NCBI GenBank assembly: GCA_047495785.1
Contig: JBLDXI010000018.1
Span: 186,001 to 250,000, forward strand
Origin: Lepidodermella squamata
Taxonomy: Eukaryota > Animalia > Gastrotricha
Reading direction: 5' to 3'
DNA: 64,000 nucleotides
A program made the translations under genes and the position numbers. Shown in pieces: positions 1 through 12,660 of the stretch. A model generated the notes under the pieces. It did not search any database and was not told the DNA's origin. It saw only the letters and a program-made list of their open reading frames with translations. Within the stretch, counting starts at the first letter, position 1; each line of letters begins with the position of its first letter.

Positions 1-979
1 TTTGGATGATTCTAGGAAAATTGAATTTCAGGATTTCATTTGAATTTATAGGAAATCATACAATGGTCCCATCGAGAAAAGGCTGGCAATAAGCTACGCC
101 GACTCGTGTTGTCTGCATTCGAGGCGGCTTTTCTGTAAAACCGCGATCACTTTCGGCAATTTTTCCCACTGTTCAATTTTCACCCGGCGAGCGATCGAAC
201 CAGAATTTAGCCGGCAAATGGCGCCACTTCTCACGCACAGAAAACTAGGCCTGGCTGCTACAAAAGCCTATTTCATCATGAGAAGTTTAGAAAAATCGAA
301 AGACGGCGATTTCTTGTTATTCTCAAGCCCGGCTGCCGCGATTTGGGGCTCATTCGAGCGCATTTTTAACGAGATGAAGGCAGGTCATTTCAATTTTCTC
401 GAAATTTCATTTTAAACTCAATTTTAAAGGCTCGGAAACGCGATATTGCTTTGATTACTCAGATCCCTAGTAGAAACAAAACTTCAAAATTTTATGAAAA
501 ATGCAATTTGCTATTGATCGGTTCTACTCAATATTGGCTTGTTTTACGCCGATCTTTCGAATCGCTGCGATTTGCCGGCGATTATTTGAGCCAGGTAACT
601 GGTTTGGACCCCGAAAACGGAGACAAAAACAGCCGATTCTCGCGAATCGAACACGAATTGTTCCGAAATTTGGCTGAAAAATGGCGATCACGATGCATTC
701 AATACAACGCTGCTGATGAAGCGCATGAATTGATTTGGGATCATGGAAATATGTTTTAGCCAATAAATGGCCATGAAAACGAAAGCCACTCGTTTCAAAT
801 AATCATTTCATATAAAAACTTGAAATAAAAAAAGCATAGAAATTTAAAAAATTCCAGAAAAACGACCGTTTTAGCAAGTATTTCCATTCAATTTCGATCG
901 TTAAAATTTCAAATTTTCAAACATTTGTCATTTAAGTTATTCGAGATTAAAATGACTTCAGTGAAATTTTGGAATTTAC

Positions 980-3900
980 CTCAGAATGTGTGTTGGGACA
1001 GCGATGATTTGCAGCTCTTCATCGTAGTCCAAGTGGTGGCCACTGCCAGCCGATCCGACGGGCACGCCAGGCGAGCCGAAGGACTGCAACCGCTGCCGCT
1101 GCTGAGCAATTTGACCCGCAGATTTCGCATCCCCACCACCGCCGCCGCCGCCGCCGCCGCCACCGGACGCCGGCGGCTTCGAACTCGCGTCATTGGCAGC
1201 CGACCCTAGCTGGGACAGGCCCTCGGCTGACAGCGACCGTTGAGCGCCGATCACGGACGAAACAGCCGCGTTGGCTTGCACTTTGGACGAGGAGTTTTGC
1301 AGCGATACGCTCTGCTGATTCGCGGCCGCGTTCGAGCCCGAGCTCGACTGGCGCCGCTCGGAGCCCGCCGAACCCGAACCGCCGCCGAGTCGCTCGCGAG
1401 AGCCTGCAATTGACATGGCCCGCAACGAATCGCCATCGCCTTCAAAATCTAAAAATTATAACGAAAATTATAATTAAAAGAGAAAAATTCGCATCAGCTA
1501 TATTTAGATAATTATGAGAAACATATTTTGTGATTTTTTGCAAACAAAAGTCAATAAAAAATAGGTCACAAGTTTGTGTAGCAGAGTTCTCAACCTTGGC
1601 ATTTGAGCTCTTTTTCTCTGAAATGAGTGAAACCGGAACTAAAACGATGAAATATTTTCCGTTCTACAAATCCACTGGTTTGAAGCCATAAGCCGATAGA
1701 CTCTTTACACATCGAACTTGAGTAGTGACTGATAATAATGTGATTTTTGCAAGTGAATCGTAAACCATCATTCAATTGATTATTCAATATCATAAATTTC
1801 ATGCAAAGAAAATAATTTACAGAGTGATCCTCAGTGATCGTGATACAGCTTTTACAGTATAATACAGAAACAACTAGGACAAAACGCGCTACTTTTCTCA
1901 CTATTGCGAGGCAGAACTCGCTCCGAGAAGCCAGACGTCAGCTTCAAAATCGTCGTCAACACTGAGCTTTCTGTCATTTCTTCAATAGCAAAACGCATAA
2001 AATAAATTCGCAAATATTGCCAAGAAATTCGAGTATCAAAATGAGTGTGACGGCTTTCCAAGAAAAAACCTATTTGAAACTTATTTGAATTTCCGAATTT
2101 TAAAAAAGCATTTAAATAATTAAATTTCGAGGAATATTACTAACAACGGCAGCAAAATCCTTTTAGGGCAGAAATTATTATTCACCAGGGAAATATTTTA
2201 CTTGCAGCTCGTTATATTTCAGGGGAAAAAGAGCAAATAGCTATAGTTTAGATTGAAATTCACCATGCGATTCAACGCCGCGTGTTGGGTCGCAACAACA
2301 CCTTGAAAGCAGTTTAGAAACGACCGCTCGTGGAAAAAGAACAAAGGAAAAGGTGATCGCGCATTTTATTACGCCTCGAGCCCTTCACTTCATTTACTAC
2401 CGATTCACTATCAGTTGGTAGTAATTTCTTTTATATAATTATAACACGAAAATGGTCGAAGTTCAACTCTGGACGCTGTCAACAGTAGCAAAATCATCGC
2501 GCAAGCAATTTTTCCCTGAAATAAAAAAGGACTGCTAATAAAATATGTTCAACACGAACAAACTATGGCCCATTATGAATGATTCACCCGGGAAAAACTC
2601 CTGGAAATCATGAAAAATATTGTTTCCCAACTTGAAATACCTGAACTTGAGCAGTAGACACTATCGAGTGAGTCATCGTCCGACAAACTATCGCCACTAC
2701 GATTCGACGCGTTAGAAGACGCCCGTCGGTGCAGACTGCCGCCGCTGAAGACGCGCCTCGGCTGGCGGCCTCGCCGACCTCCGGCGACCGGGTGCCGCCT
2801 CGCGCCCCAGAAATACACCGCATTCGACGTTTTCGACCCGGCGACCGAAAATGTCGTCGATGCGCCGATGAAGTTGGCGGGCGCTTTCAGTTTCGAAACA
2901 GCTGTTGGACGCTTTTGTTCGCGCCGGTTGCCGAGCCCGAGTTGAGCGAGTGAGTTCTTGCCGACCGTTATCACTTGACCAGAATCAGATAGCAGAACCG
3001 TCTAAAAATGCGAAAGAAGTATTAGCAAAATTGCACATTTTTGTAAAAATGTTGGATCTTAATAACATATGGCACTTCAAGTGTCTAAACCGCTGTATAT
3101 AAACTTCTAAGACTCGAATTTTATCAACAATTGTCCCAGCAATTTTGAAAATTTACAAATGGCTGTGGTAATATTCGAAATGAAAGTGCCGCCAGCTATC
3201 AGAGTTGTCATCAAGGGTCCAGGCCCAAATAAATAACTACATAATTCAGCGGATACACAATCCGGACTGAGGAGCCAGCGATAGCTAAACGCTGAGTGAA
3301 CACGTGGCTGCCAACCAGTCAACCAACAACAGGTTAATGGGCCCACGACCAGCGCTACAAGTCCTCAGAGATAGTCTTCGGTTCAACGCTTAGCATCAGC
3401 GAATGCGGATTTATTTCGCCAAGGAAACATCGAGTGCCGTCGTTAATACTGCGCACTTTGCCGTAATAGTAAGGAAGAGGATTTGTACAATTTATCGCAT
3501 TTATTGGTAAATGATTTGATGCGAGCTCGTGGTTTACTAACCTCTCGAATTCCCCCGCACTACACCTGCGTTATCATAATTTGAAGTCGGCTTCTAAGCA
3601 AGATCGCGAGACCGTTTAGAATCAGCTAATCGAATTCGTATTAGCAGTTTCTGGTAGCGGCTAAGAGTAGCCGACCACCATGAATCATCTGCCAGATGGG
3701 TTTTAAACGGGCCTTGATCGCGGTTTTGAGACCCATCTATCACCGTCAAGACCACGAGCTAGAAATTATTCAAAATCGCCATATCAATTTCCTGAAAATG
3801 CAAGACAGCCGACAGATTTCTTTTCAAATTCTTGAGGCCAAAAATTAAAAAATTAAAAAAAATTAAAGAATCCTCAAATTGAAATTAATAGCCAGTTTTT

Positions 3901-6900
3901 AGTGAAAAAATATTTTTAGAGTATTCTCTTACATGAGTCGGTCCCATAGCAGCGTCGACAACGCGGTACTGTGACAGTGACTTGACGACGACGGGCACCA
4001 TCGAGCCGTCGACCTCCGTTTTCGTGAAAATGTTCTTCATCGCCATGAGAAAGCCCTGCCGGTTGTTGAGACCCAGTTTGTTGTACTCGTTCGACCCCGT
4101 CGCCAGCACCACGCCCAGTTCCGTGATGAACATGGTCGAGTTCGCACCGCACCGTACGCGCTTCACGGCAAATTTCTCCGGGAATGAAATTCGTTGAGGT
4201 GAGCAACTACAAATCAAACACTTATATTTAGCATTTCTTTTCTTGAAAATAATCAATATAATCATAAAACTATAAACAATTCCGATATTTGACATCAATA
4301 TTTCCGTCCCCCTTAAATTATTAAAAAACTGTGTTCTCTTGGTTAATTTTCGGAGGCGGATTCGGAGCATCTTCAGCTGTAGAATAAGCCCTTCACGTTT
4401 CTCATTGATCATGAGAAATTGCATTCCGTTTACATTCGAAAACGTTTCCCGATGCATAGCACAACGAATCATGTGTAATTTGCGTCCAACGACGATCAGC
4501 AGCACGAATGCTCCCTAAAATCATGAAGTCGAGGGAGCGTCAAGAACATTCAAACACGGCATGGCTTTTCAAATCAACCAGCACACAACCGCCGAAATTC
4601 AGTATTAACGACATTAGGCGTGTTTTCTCGGTTTGTTGATGTCTTGAATTGTTTGACTATTTTGAAAGAGGATTTTAAATCTGGTGACAAGTCCGATTCG
4701 CTGGTCAGCCGCTAGTTTCAATTCATTCTATCACTGCTTTGTGGGTCTAGATCTTTGTAGAACCTCAAGCGATTGATCTTAGGGAAATAGTTGTCACCAA
4801 ATGTTTTAAATATATTTTTCCAAAACTTCGATCTCTGGCAGTGAGACTTTTGCTTTTACCGAGGTCGACCGCCTCCGTTGAACGGAAATTCTCTGCTTTA
4901 AACCGAATTTCAACTGATGACCGCTCTCGCCTGACCCAAGCTCACATCAACGACCAACTTTACTGTTTGATTCACGGCCCTGAAATTCCTCCTGTTCGCA
5001 ATCGTGAAAAAAATATTGGAAATTACGACACCTTCACTGCCAACGTCTTCGCCCATTTTAATGAATCTCGCCATCGCCTTCAACTTGTAAATATTTTTCT
5101 ATTATTTGTGAATTTATGAATTCTAATTCACCTTAATTTGTTATTTTTTTGGTCAAAGCCACCAAATTTTGCGAACCCACCCCCAACTGAAAATTTCTAG
5201 ATAGGCCCTTGGCGATGAAGTTAGTCGAGCCAAAAATTCAGAAGAAATCTCAAAGTTTGATGGAGATATGTTTCGAAGCAACTGAATACATGATCAGTAA
5301 GCTTGAAATGTCTACTACGGAGCGTGGCAAGTGGCAAGTATGGGCAAATGATTGAAATGGCTTTTACTAGGATTCAACCTACTGCCGAAAATGAATAGAT
5401 GTGTTGCCTCGAGCGATGAATTGAACGCTACTATTGTTCGGACAAAGTACAACTATTCATGCTTCGCAAGTACCACGAAAGGAAAGACTGCCTTAAAGCC
5501 GATGAACTAGGACGAACTGAAATTGCTGTATTACCTATGTACCACTTAGAAATGGGCATACGTTTCGATATTAATAATACGATATACTCGACGACTTCGG
5601 TTTCTGGGGTGGTAACGAAGCCTTATATGCGGTTTGCGACCTGTAGAACGTTAACATCACAATCAAGCAGCTCGGACGTGAGAACGCAAAAACCAAGCGG
5701 CCCACGACAGGCACGACAGGGCGCCGTCAGACCCTGATCCTGCTGTTCATAAACGACCACTACATGGCACTGTGCAAATTTTGAAGTCGAAAAATTATGA
5801 AGATGTGGCTGAGAACGAGAATGACGTTCATTGCTTTCTTCCATTTTCCTCCTCATCATTCGTTTATAACGGAAATAAATTACACGGCAAATGAAACAAA
5901 AATAACCTAACAAAGAGGAACCAGGGTATTTTGGACTAAAAAAAACGATGGAGATATCACACTGATTTTTGAGGCCCCAAAATTTGATTTGAATTTAATG
6001 GAGAAAAGAGTGGATAATGGCAAAAACGTTTTTAATGTTGTGAAAAAAGGAATTGGATGAGAAATGAAGTTATTTTTCTTTACAAATAACATCAATGTGA
6101 CGCCAGAAAATGCCTGTTTTTTCAAGAATTCTGCAACCGATTTCCTCGGAATCGTCACAATTAAGCAATACTTAATTTTCAATAACGACATGATTCGGCT
6201 TGAAATAAATCAATACCCGAAAAAATAATAATACATATTGACTTACAAGCTTTCTTCTGAGCCATAACCGAGCCGGCCGTTGGCACCCTGGCCCCAGGCG
6301 TACGCCAGGCCGCCCGTGCCGATGACAACGACGTGCTCGGGACCGCAGGCGACCGACGCCGCGTCGACGCTCAGCAGCGCCTCGATCAGCCGCGGCTTGT
6401 TCAACGACGTCCAGTCACCGTGCCCGAGACAGCCCTTCGACCCGTCGCCACACGTCATCACAATGCCATTCGCCGAGCCGAAAATCGTGAAATTCGTCCC
6501 GCAACACACGTGAGCAACCGCCTTGTCCTTCAGAGACTCGACCAGGGCTGGTTGGTAGCGAGTCTCCCAGTCGCCGTGGCCCAATTGGCCCTTCGTTCCC
6601 TCGCCCCACGCGAAGACTAGCATATCAGCCGTGAGCACTACAACGTGATTCGGGCCGACAGCGACTTCTTGAATTCGAGTTTTCGGGGGCAGGTAGACGG
6701 GGAATAAACTGAATGAAGTCAGCTCTAGGTAGTACAAAACCGATCGAATTCGTTTGTTCGTCGCGGAATTCGTTTTCCCACTCAACTGCGACGAAGACCC
6801 GGAGGCTTGACTGCCAGATTCCGGCAAAGCGTTGTCACTCATCCGGCGATTTCCGATTTCTTTCAGGCGGCTCAGCAATTTCGGCAGTCGATCGTTTGCG

Positions 6901-9233
6901 ATGACTTTGGCTGATGGCCGCTTTTCAGGCTCTTGTTGCAGCAAATCGATGACGAGTTGTTTGAATAACTCGGAATAGTTGCCTTTCACGGGTGCGAACT
7001 GGCCTTTCATGATTTTGTTGACGAGGGCGGGCAGGTTTGTGCCGTCGAAAGTTCGCTGAAGGCACGCCATTTCGTATAGGATACAGCCCAGGGCCCAAAT
7101 GTCCGATTTCGCATCGTAATTCTTTCCCTCACACTGAAAAATGAAAAATTTACGATTTGAACATTGAAGAAATATAAAAAATATATAAAAATATTGAAAA
7201 AAATTGAAAATTACAATTTTCAAAAAATTGAAAATTCAACAACTCTTTCTAGATATTCTTAATTTAAATCCAATAGATTTTTTTAATAATTTTTTACCAT
7301 TTCTGGGCTGATGTAATACGGCGTTCCAAGTACTGTATTCGCATTTTGAAGATTTGTCGATAGCATTTTCGAAATGCCAAAATCGCCGACTTTGATCGTG
7401 CCGTCGCGAGATAGAAAAATGTTCGCCGCTTTTATGTCTCGGTGCAGAATGTTGTGCTCGTGAACGTAGGCTATTGCGTCTACAATTTGCTGGAACATCT
7501 CGAGGATTCGCCGCTCTTCCAGTGGTTGCGTCAGTTGACTCAGGTAATCACTCAAAGTTCTGAAAAATTAAAAAAGCCATCAAAAATTCGATATTATTTT
7601 ATTTCCAAATTTATGGTAGGTTTAATCCCAAAAAAACCCTTTATTTGACTAGCACTTGGCATCCAGTTAGAATATTTTGAATTAATTACCCTCCATCGGC
7701 GTATTCCATCTCAATGAGCATGTTGCCCTCCTCCTCGAAGCTGTCGTAGTAGCTGATGACGTGCGGGTGGTTGAGCATCGACAAAACCTTGACCTCGTTC
7801 AGCGCCATTGTCCTCTCCGCAACGTTCAAATCGTGCAAATTAATCTCCTTCAGTATCACCAGCGACTCGTCATCGCGTTTGCGGTACAAAACCGCCGTTC
7901 CATACGCACCTTTGCCGACGACGCGAATTTTTTCAAACCCAGCTAGCGATTGTTGAAAGCTTGAATTGAGCGATTTCAGCTTATCAGCCTTGAAAAACAG
8001 CTCGCCTAAGCAGGTTGGCACTCGATTTTCCTGTTTTGGCAGTTGGCTATCGGATTCGGCCACGCTTGGCTGATTCGCCGCCGAATTCAGTTCCGGTCCA
8101 CTGAAATCTCGGCACAGATCGACCTGGACTTGAAACAACGTCTGCAAATGCTTCGCGAACACCGCGCCATCCGCCGCCTGGCCCAGCGAAGTCGTGAACC
8201 ACACGATGCGTGACTGTGGGCTGCGGTTCAAACATGTTTCGCCGAGTGCGACTAGAAAATGCTTGACTCGGTCGTTCGATAGCAGGCTGTCTTTTGTTAG
8301 GGTTATGTCTTCTTTGCCGCATATGTTGATGGAGGTGAGCGTGCCGTGGAGGATGAAACCAACGCAGTCGACTTTACCGCCTTGTAGCAGCAGTTTAATA
8401 TCGTCTGTTAGAGAATGTGTGAACAAAAATCAATTATTAGACTTTTTCCTTTTATTTCGTAAAAAATACGAGTGCCAAAAAATCAATGATTTTATTTCAT
8501 ATCAAGCGACCAAGAAATAATAATTTACTAGCGAAAGATTATTCCCTCAAATTTTTGTTAGCTATCAATAGCTCTTCCAATGAATTACCATAAAAATTTC
8601 GATAAAATAAATTGTTCCTATAAACAATTTTATATCTCATCCCACTGTTCAACTTTTAGAAGCTTCAATCACTGAACATTATTTTTAAGAATTTTTCTAG
8701 CCTGTTTCTGCAATTTCAACCGGCTCGTATAGAAGCATAAAATTGGCACCTGAACAAACAAAATTTAATTGACATCAAATGTTTCGTCGCATCTAAATTC
8801 TATGCTGTACGGAAGGCTATTCCGAATTGTCTCTTTGTTACTATACCCACAATTTAATCTTTATATTTCACACATGAAAAGAGCATCAAACTCGAACCTG
8901 CGGAATTGTACACGAGCCAACTTTTTTGACGCACACACGTAACAACTCCAATTCAGAGCTTGAATGAGCTCGTGGCGTAGTGCGCATTAAAAAAAAATAC
9001 GCACATGTCACGCATTTGTGGTATTTCAACACGTATTTACAGCGGTGAGGTACACACCGTCAGAATATTAATCTAGCAATTATATAATAAACGAAAAAAA
9101 TGAGCTCACCTAGTAGCGACTGGCTAGTGCATGCTTCGTATTTGTAATGAAACAGCAGAACAGTTGGGTGGACAGAAGCTTGGATGGCTGTGAAGTTTTT
9201 GACTCGCGAACTGACGACCAACAACTGGCGCAT
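980..9233 (-). CDS. NEK8: NEK8/NEK9-type NIMA kinase with RCC1 repeats and N-terminal DUF4347-like domain; 3' end not identified, probably beyond the left edge
   Basis: Phase-consistent GT-AG exons 9233-9110, 8404-7690, 7559-7298, 7133-6247, 4206-3933, 3001-2641, 1448-980. Kinase motifs GKGAYG, HRDIKAAN, DFG, GTPYYISPE and KSDIWALGC are followed by RCC1 repeats (GQLGHG, GRLGYG, KLGL). The last visible exon ends in a donor at 979. NEK8 versus NEK9 is not resolved. Confidence 0.88.
1136..1161 (+). repeat. (GCC)n microsatellite encoding a poly-Gly tract in the NEK exon
   Basis: A run of ccaccgccgccgccgcc on + reads as a poly-Gly stretch on the minus strand. Confidence 0.8.
4841..5211 (+). mobile_element. 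hAT transposon remnant (C-terminal dimerisation domain and possible 3' end) in a NEK intron
   Basis: ORF 4841-5119 LLLPRSTASVERKFSALNRISTDDRSRL matches the hAT dimerisation motif (S/T-x-x-x-ER-x-FS...R-x-RL). The downstream aaatttctagataggcccttg resembles a hAT terminus. Confidence 0.7.
5581..5784 (+). pseudogene. Degenerate OTU-like protease fragment, probably TE-derived
   Basis: One frame reads DILDDFGFWGGNEALYAVCDL*NVNITIKQ...LILLFINDHYMAL. It has the WGG and HY motifs of the OTU C-terminal half and one internal stop. Confidence 0.5.
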
Positions 9234-9753
9234 TAACACTGCGCTAACCCCCAGTTACTTTATATCAACATACCCTAAAATGCAAAAAAAATAAATTGAT
9301 TTATAACCGGACAATTCATTATTGGTAAAGCACAGAATATATAATTATGATATATGTGTATATTTCTTCCGAGTGAGATGATAACAATATGCGTAGTGTT
9401 TCAGGTAGCAAAATTATACTTCAAATTTCGCAAGACAAAAATCACGAAGCAACAGCCTACAGATCTTCAACTACATCGGAATGAAAAGTGGAGTCTAACT
9501 TCAAACTAAGCAGGGTGCAGTATTTTCAGATTGTCTGAAATCAAAAGCGCGAAAAATATCACTTTATCAGGGGCAGAAAAGTAGCAAACGCAACAGATCT
9601 TATAGTTATTCTCTCCATAACAGATCTAAATATGAGATGCAAAGCAAGAAAACAGAAGCTACTTGATGATACAAAACAAGAGGCCACAACGCAAAGTCCG
9701 ATCATAACCAATAACAAGTAAAATCTCGGTAAACTAAAGTCTCATATTTCAAT

Positions 9754-10947
9754 TCAAACTTTAACCAGCCACTGCGGGCGCTTCTTGACGAACTCTGGCT
9801 GCCCGAATTGCATACCAGTTAGTTCATTCACCGAGCGTTGCGACAAAAGCTGGGCACCATCTGGAGGCAGCACACTGTGGCGCTTTCCTTGATACATGAA
9901 GTCGGAGACCGGGCATACGATACATGCAGTACCAGCGCCGAATACTTCGATTACTTGCTTGTCATGGACTAGCTGCAGCAATTCATCCAATGTGATTTCA
10001 CGCTCAACAACGTTGACGTCTGGCCACGAACGAGCGAGATCGATAATTGAATCGCGCGTTACACCGGGCAGAATGAGACCAGAGCTCAGAGGCGGCGTAA
10101 TGAGATCGTACGCTTTGCCTGATTTGCCTTTCGTCACGATAAAAATGTTCATAGTTCCGACTTCTGTAATGTAATGCTCCTTTCCATAAAGCCAAAGCAC
10201 CTGTTGGCAGCCTTGGCTAGCTGCATGCTTCTGTAACGCCAACGTAGGGGCATAATTCGAGCCAATTTTCGCGAAACCAGTACCGCCAGGCCATGCTCGC
10301 ACCATCGAAGGGTCAACGAGGAGGGAAACAGGCTTGAAACCAGATGCGAAGTATGGTCCAACAGGACCACCGATAACGCTGAATATAACTTCCGAACTCG
10401 AGGCGACTCCAAGAGTTGGTTCAGTTCCAATCATGAATGGCCGAATATAGTACGTTGGCGATCGGTTCAAATCTTTCGGGTCACATGGAGGAACCCAGTC
10501 AGATTCCTCCTTGATAAAACGTTTTACAGCGTTAACCCATTCATCGACATCATAAGTCGGCAAACAAGATCGTTCAACACTTTTCAACATTCGTTTAGCA
10601 TTCATGTCCGGGCGAAACAGACGAATTGCTCCATCAACACCACGATAGGCTTTCATACCTTCGAAACATTCCTGAGCATAATGCAAAACTTTAGCTCCCG
10701 GATGAATTTCCAAGTTCTTCAACTGCTTGATCTCAGGTGACTCCCAACCATGGGCACTAGTCCATTTGGCGATCAACATGTGATCAGAAAATGATTTACC
10801 AAAAACAAGTTGTGAAACACTAGGCTTTGCCAAAGGCTTCTTGGTGCGATGAACCTGGATGGCAACGCTTTTGAAAGTGGATTCGCTTGCTTGACATGAC
10901 AGCCGGGTTCCGATAACACTCAACAGTCGGTTCTTGCTTGAAAACAT
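9754..10947 (-). CDS. BCAT: Branched-chain amino acid aminotransferase, copy 1 (intronless, 397 aa)
   Basis: Motifs LHYAQECFEGMKAY, LFRPDMN, PLP lysine in AKIGSNY, ITEVGTMN, ILPGVTR and GAGTACIVCPV (CXXC). First ATG at 10947. The basic N-terminus resembles a mitochondrial presequence. Confidence 0.95.
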   Translation of the reverse strand: MFSSKNRLLSVIGTRLSCQASESTFKSVAIQVHRTKKPLAKPSVSQLVFGKSFSDHMLIAKWTSAHGWESPEIKQLKNLEIHPGAKVLHYAQECFEGMKAYRGVDGAIRLFRPDMNAKRMLKSVERSCLPTYDVDEWVNAVKRFIKEESDWVPPCDPKDLNRSPTYYIRPFMIGTEPTLGVASSSEVIFSVIGGPVGPYFASGFKPVSLLVDPSMVRAWPGGTGFAKIGSNYAPTLALQKHAASQGCQQVLWLYGKEHYITEVGTMNIFIVTKGKSGKAYDLITPPLSSGLILPGVTRDSIIDLARSWPDVNVVEREITLDELLQLVHDKQVIEVFGAGTACIVCPVSDFMYQGKRHSVLPPDGAQLLSQRSVNELTGMQFGQPEFVKKRPQWLVKV

Positions 10948-11714
10948 TGCAGTCTTAAATTGCTGCCAACAAGCTGATAAAATCAATTAATCTAAAACGG
11001 CAGAAGGGCAAGTTAGGACAAGGTTACGGAACTGAAGATGTCAGTTCCTGTTGGCAACAGCACACACGACTCAAGCATGCTAGCAAAAGTTGCATTATTC
11101 ATGGGTTAAGACATGTCCCGCGGGTAAGCCTAGTTGTCTGGGCTGGCCCGAACTCTCTCTAAAGTTTCCTCAGTGGTCCTGGTATGAAAACTAAGCTGGG
11201 GTCGCACCGGAAGCCTTACGGGTGATGATGATGGTAATGAGTTAATTTAGGTTAAAGTCGTAGTTGACGCAAACAGACAATTTTTTAAATACAGAGGTAA
11301 AAAAAGAACAATCGATATCTCAGATCAGTTGTATAACGCGAAGGCTGCAGCTCTTGTGTCAAACCAGTTTTCCAAAGCACAAATATAGCCGCCGTGGGTT
11401 GTCATAGCATCCAAATCGACGTAGGGATAGCAGTAACGAGTAACAAGAGTAAGAGATAGAGTAAGACGTACCGTATGAAAATGGCCCTTATTTAAGCTAC
11501 ATAGTAATCTGATAAAAGGTCGATTGTGATAGTACATTTATTAGTACGTAGTCACCCCAATTGAGTGACCCAAAACAAACCCCACGGTCCCTGCTCATAC
11601 GGCGCGTCTCATATGCGGCAATAAAAAGTCTAGGACGACAAAAAACGGCGAGGGCTCTTCGACACGTCTTCCGCCACAGAAAAATGTCTACTTCAATCAC
11701 ACAATCGCATAATA

Positions 11715-11875
11715 TTTGAATGAAACAGCAGGACAGTTGGACGCGCGAAAGTTTGAATGGCTGTAAAGTACTTGCAATTTGCTTTATATCAACATAACCT
11801 AAAACAGAAAGATAAAATTAATTTACAACCGGACAACTCTTTATTGGCACAAAGTAAGTTATTATGATATATGTC
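11715..11875 (-). pseudogene. Decayed duplicate of NEK exon 1 and its upstream flank
   Basis: aatgaaacagcaggacagttgg...tggctgtaaagt...tatatcaacataacctaaaa...accggacaac aligns by eye with 9145-9355. The segment containing the ATG is deleted. Confidence 0.7.
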
Positions 11876-12660
11876 AATAGGCATTTTTCACATTAGGTAA
11901 TTGAGATATCTCAATGAGCAATCCGAATGCGGTTTTTTGCCAGTTGTTCTGATCAGCCTTCAGCTTATCTAATTATAATCTATCACATATTAAAGAGCTG
12001 GGAAAGCTCTAACGACTGGTCTATATACTGGTCTATGGTGAAGAATATAAATGAAGCGATGAGGCCCGGAAGATCGTTAGAGTGGAAATTCGCAGTCTCT
12101 GCAAAGCCGCAATGTTCTTGTAGATACCGTACAAGTTATTAGGACAAATTAAGTCAGTTTGATGGGCAAAGACCTATACTGCTAATTTGCTTGATTTCCC
12201 AGTAATCTAACCAAGTAAAATAACTAAATATGACTTTGGGAATTATTACGAAAGCTATTTGAGATATCGCCATCAGTAATTGCAAGGAATTCCAATAATT
12301 TCAATTATCCCATTATTTCTTCCGAGTGAGATGATTACGTAGCATTTCAGGTAGCAAAATTATTCTCGAATTTTGCAAGACATAATAACGAAGCAGCAAC
12401 CTACAAATAAATCTGTATGAAAAGTGGGGCCTAACTTTATACCAGGCTGGGTGGAGTATTTCCAGATTGTCTGAAATTCAAAACGCAAAAAATCTCTTTC
12501 AGGGGGAGTAAAGAAGCCAACGCAGCAGATCTTATAGTTCTCGCCATTCCAGATCGAAAGATGAGATGCGAAGCAGGAAAAGAAAACATGCTACAACGCA
12601 AAGTCCGATCATAACCAATAACAAGAAAAATCTCGGTTAAATAAAGTTTCTGATTTCAAT

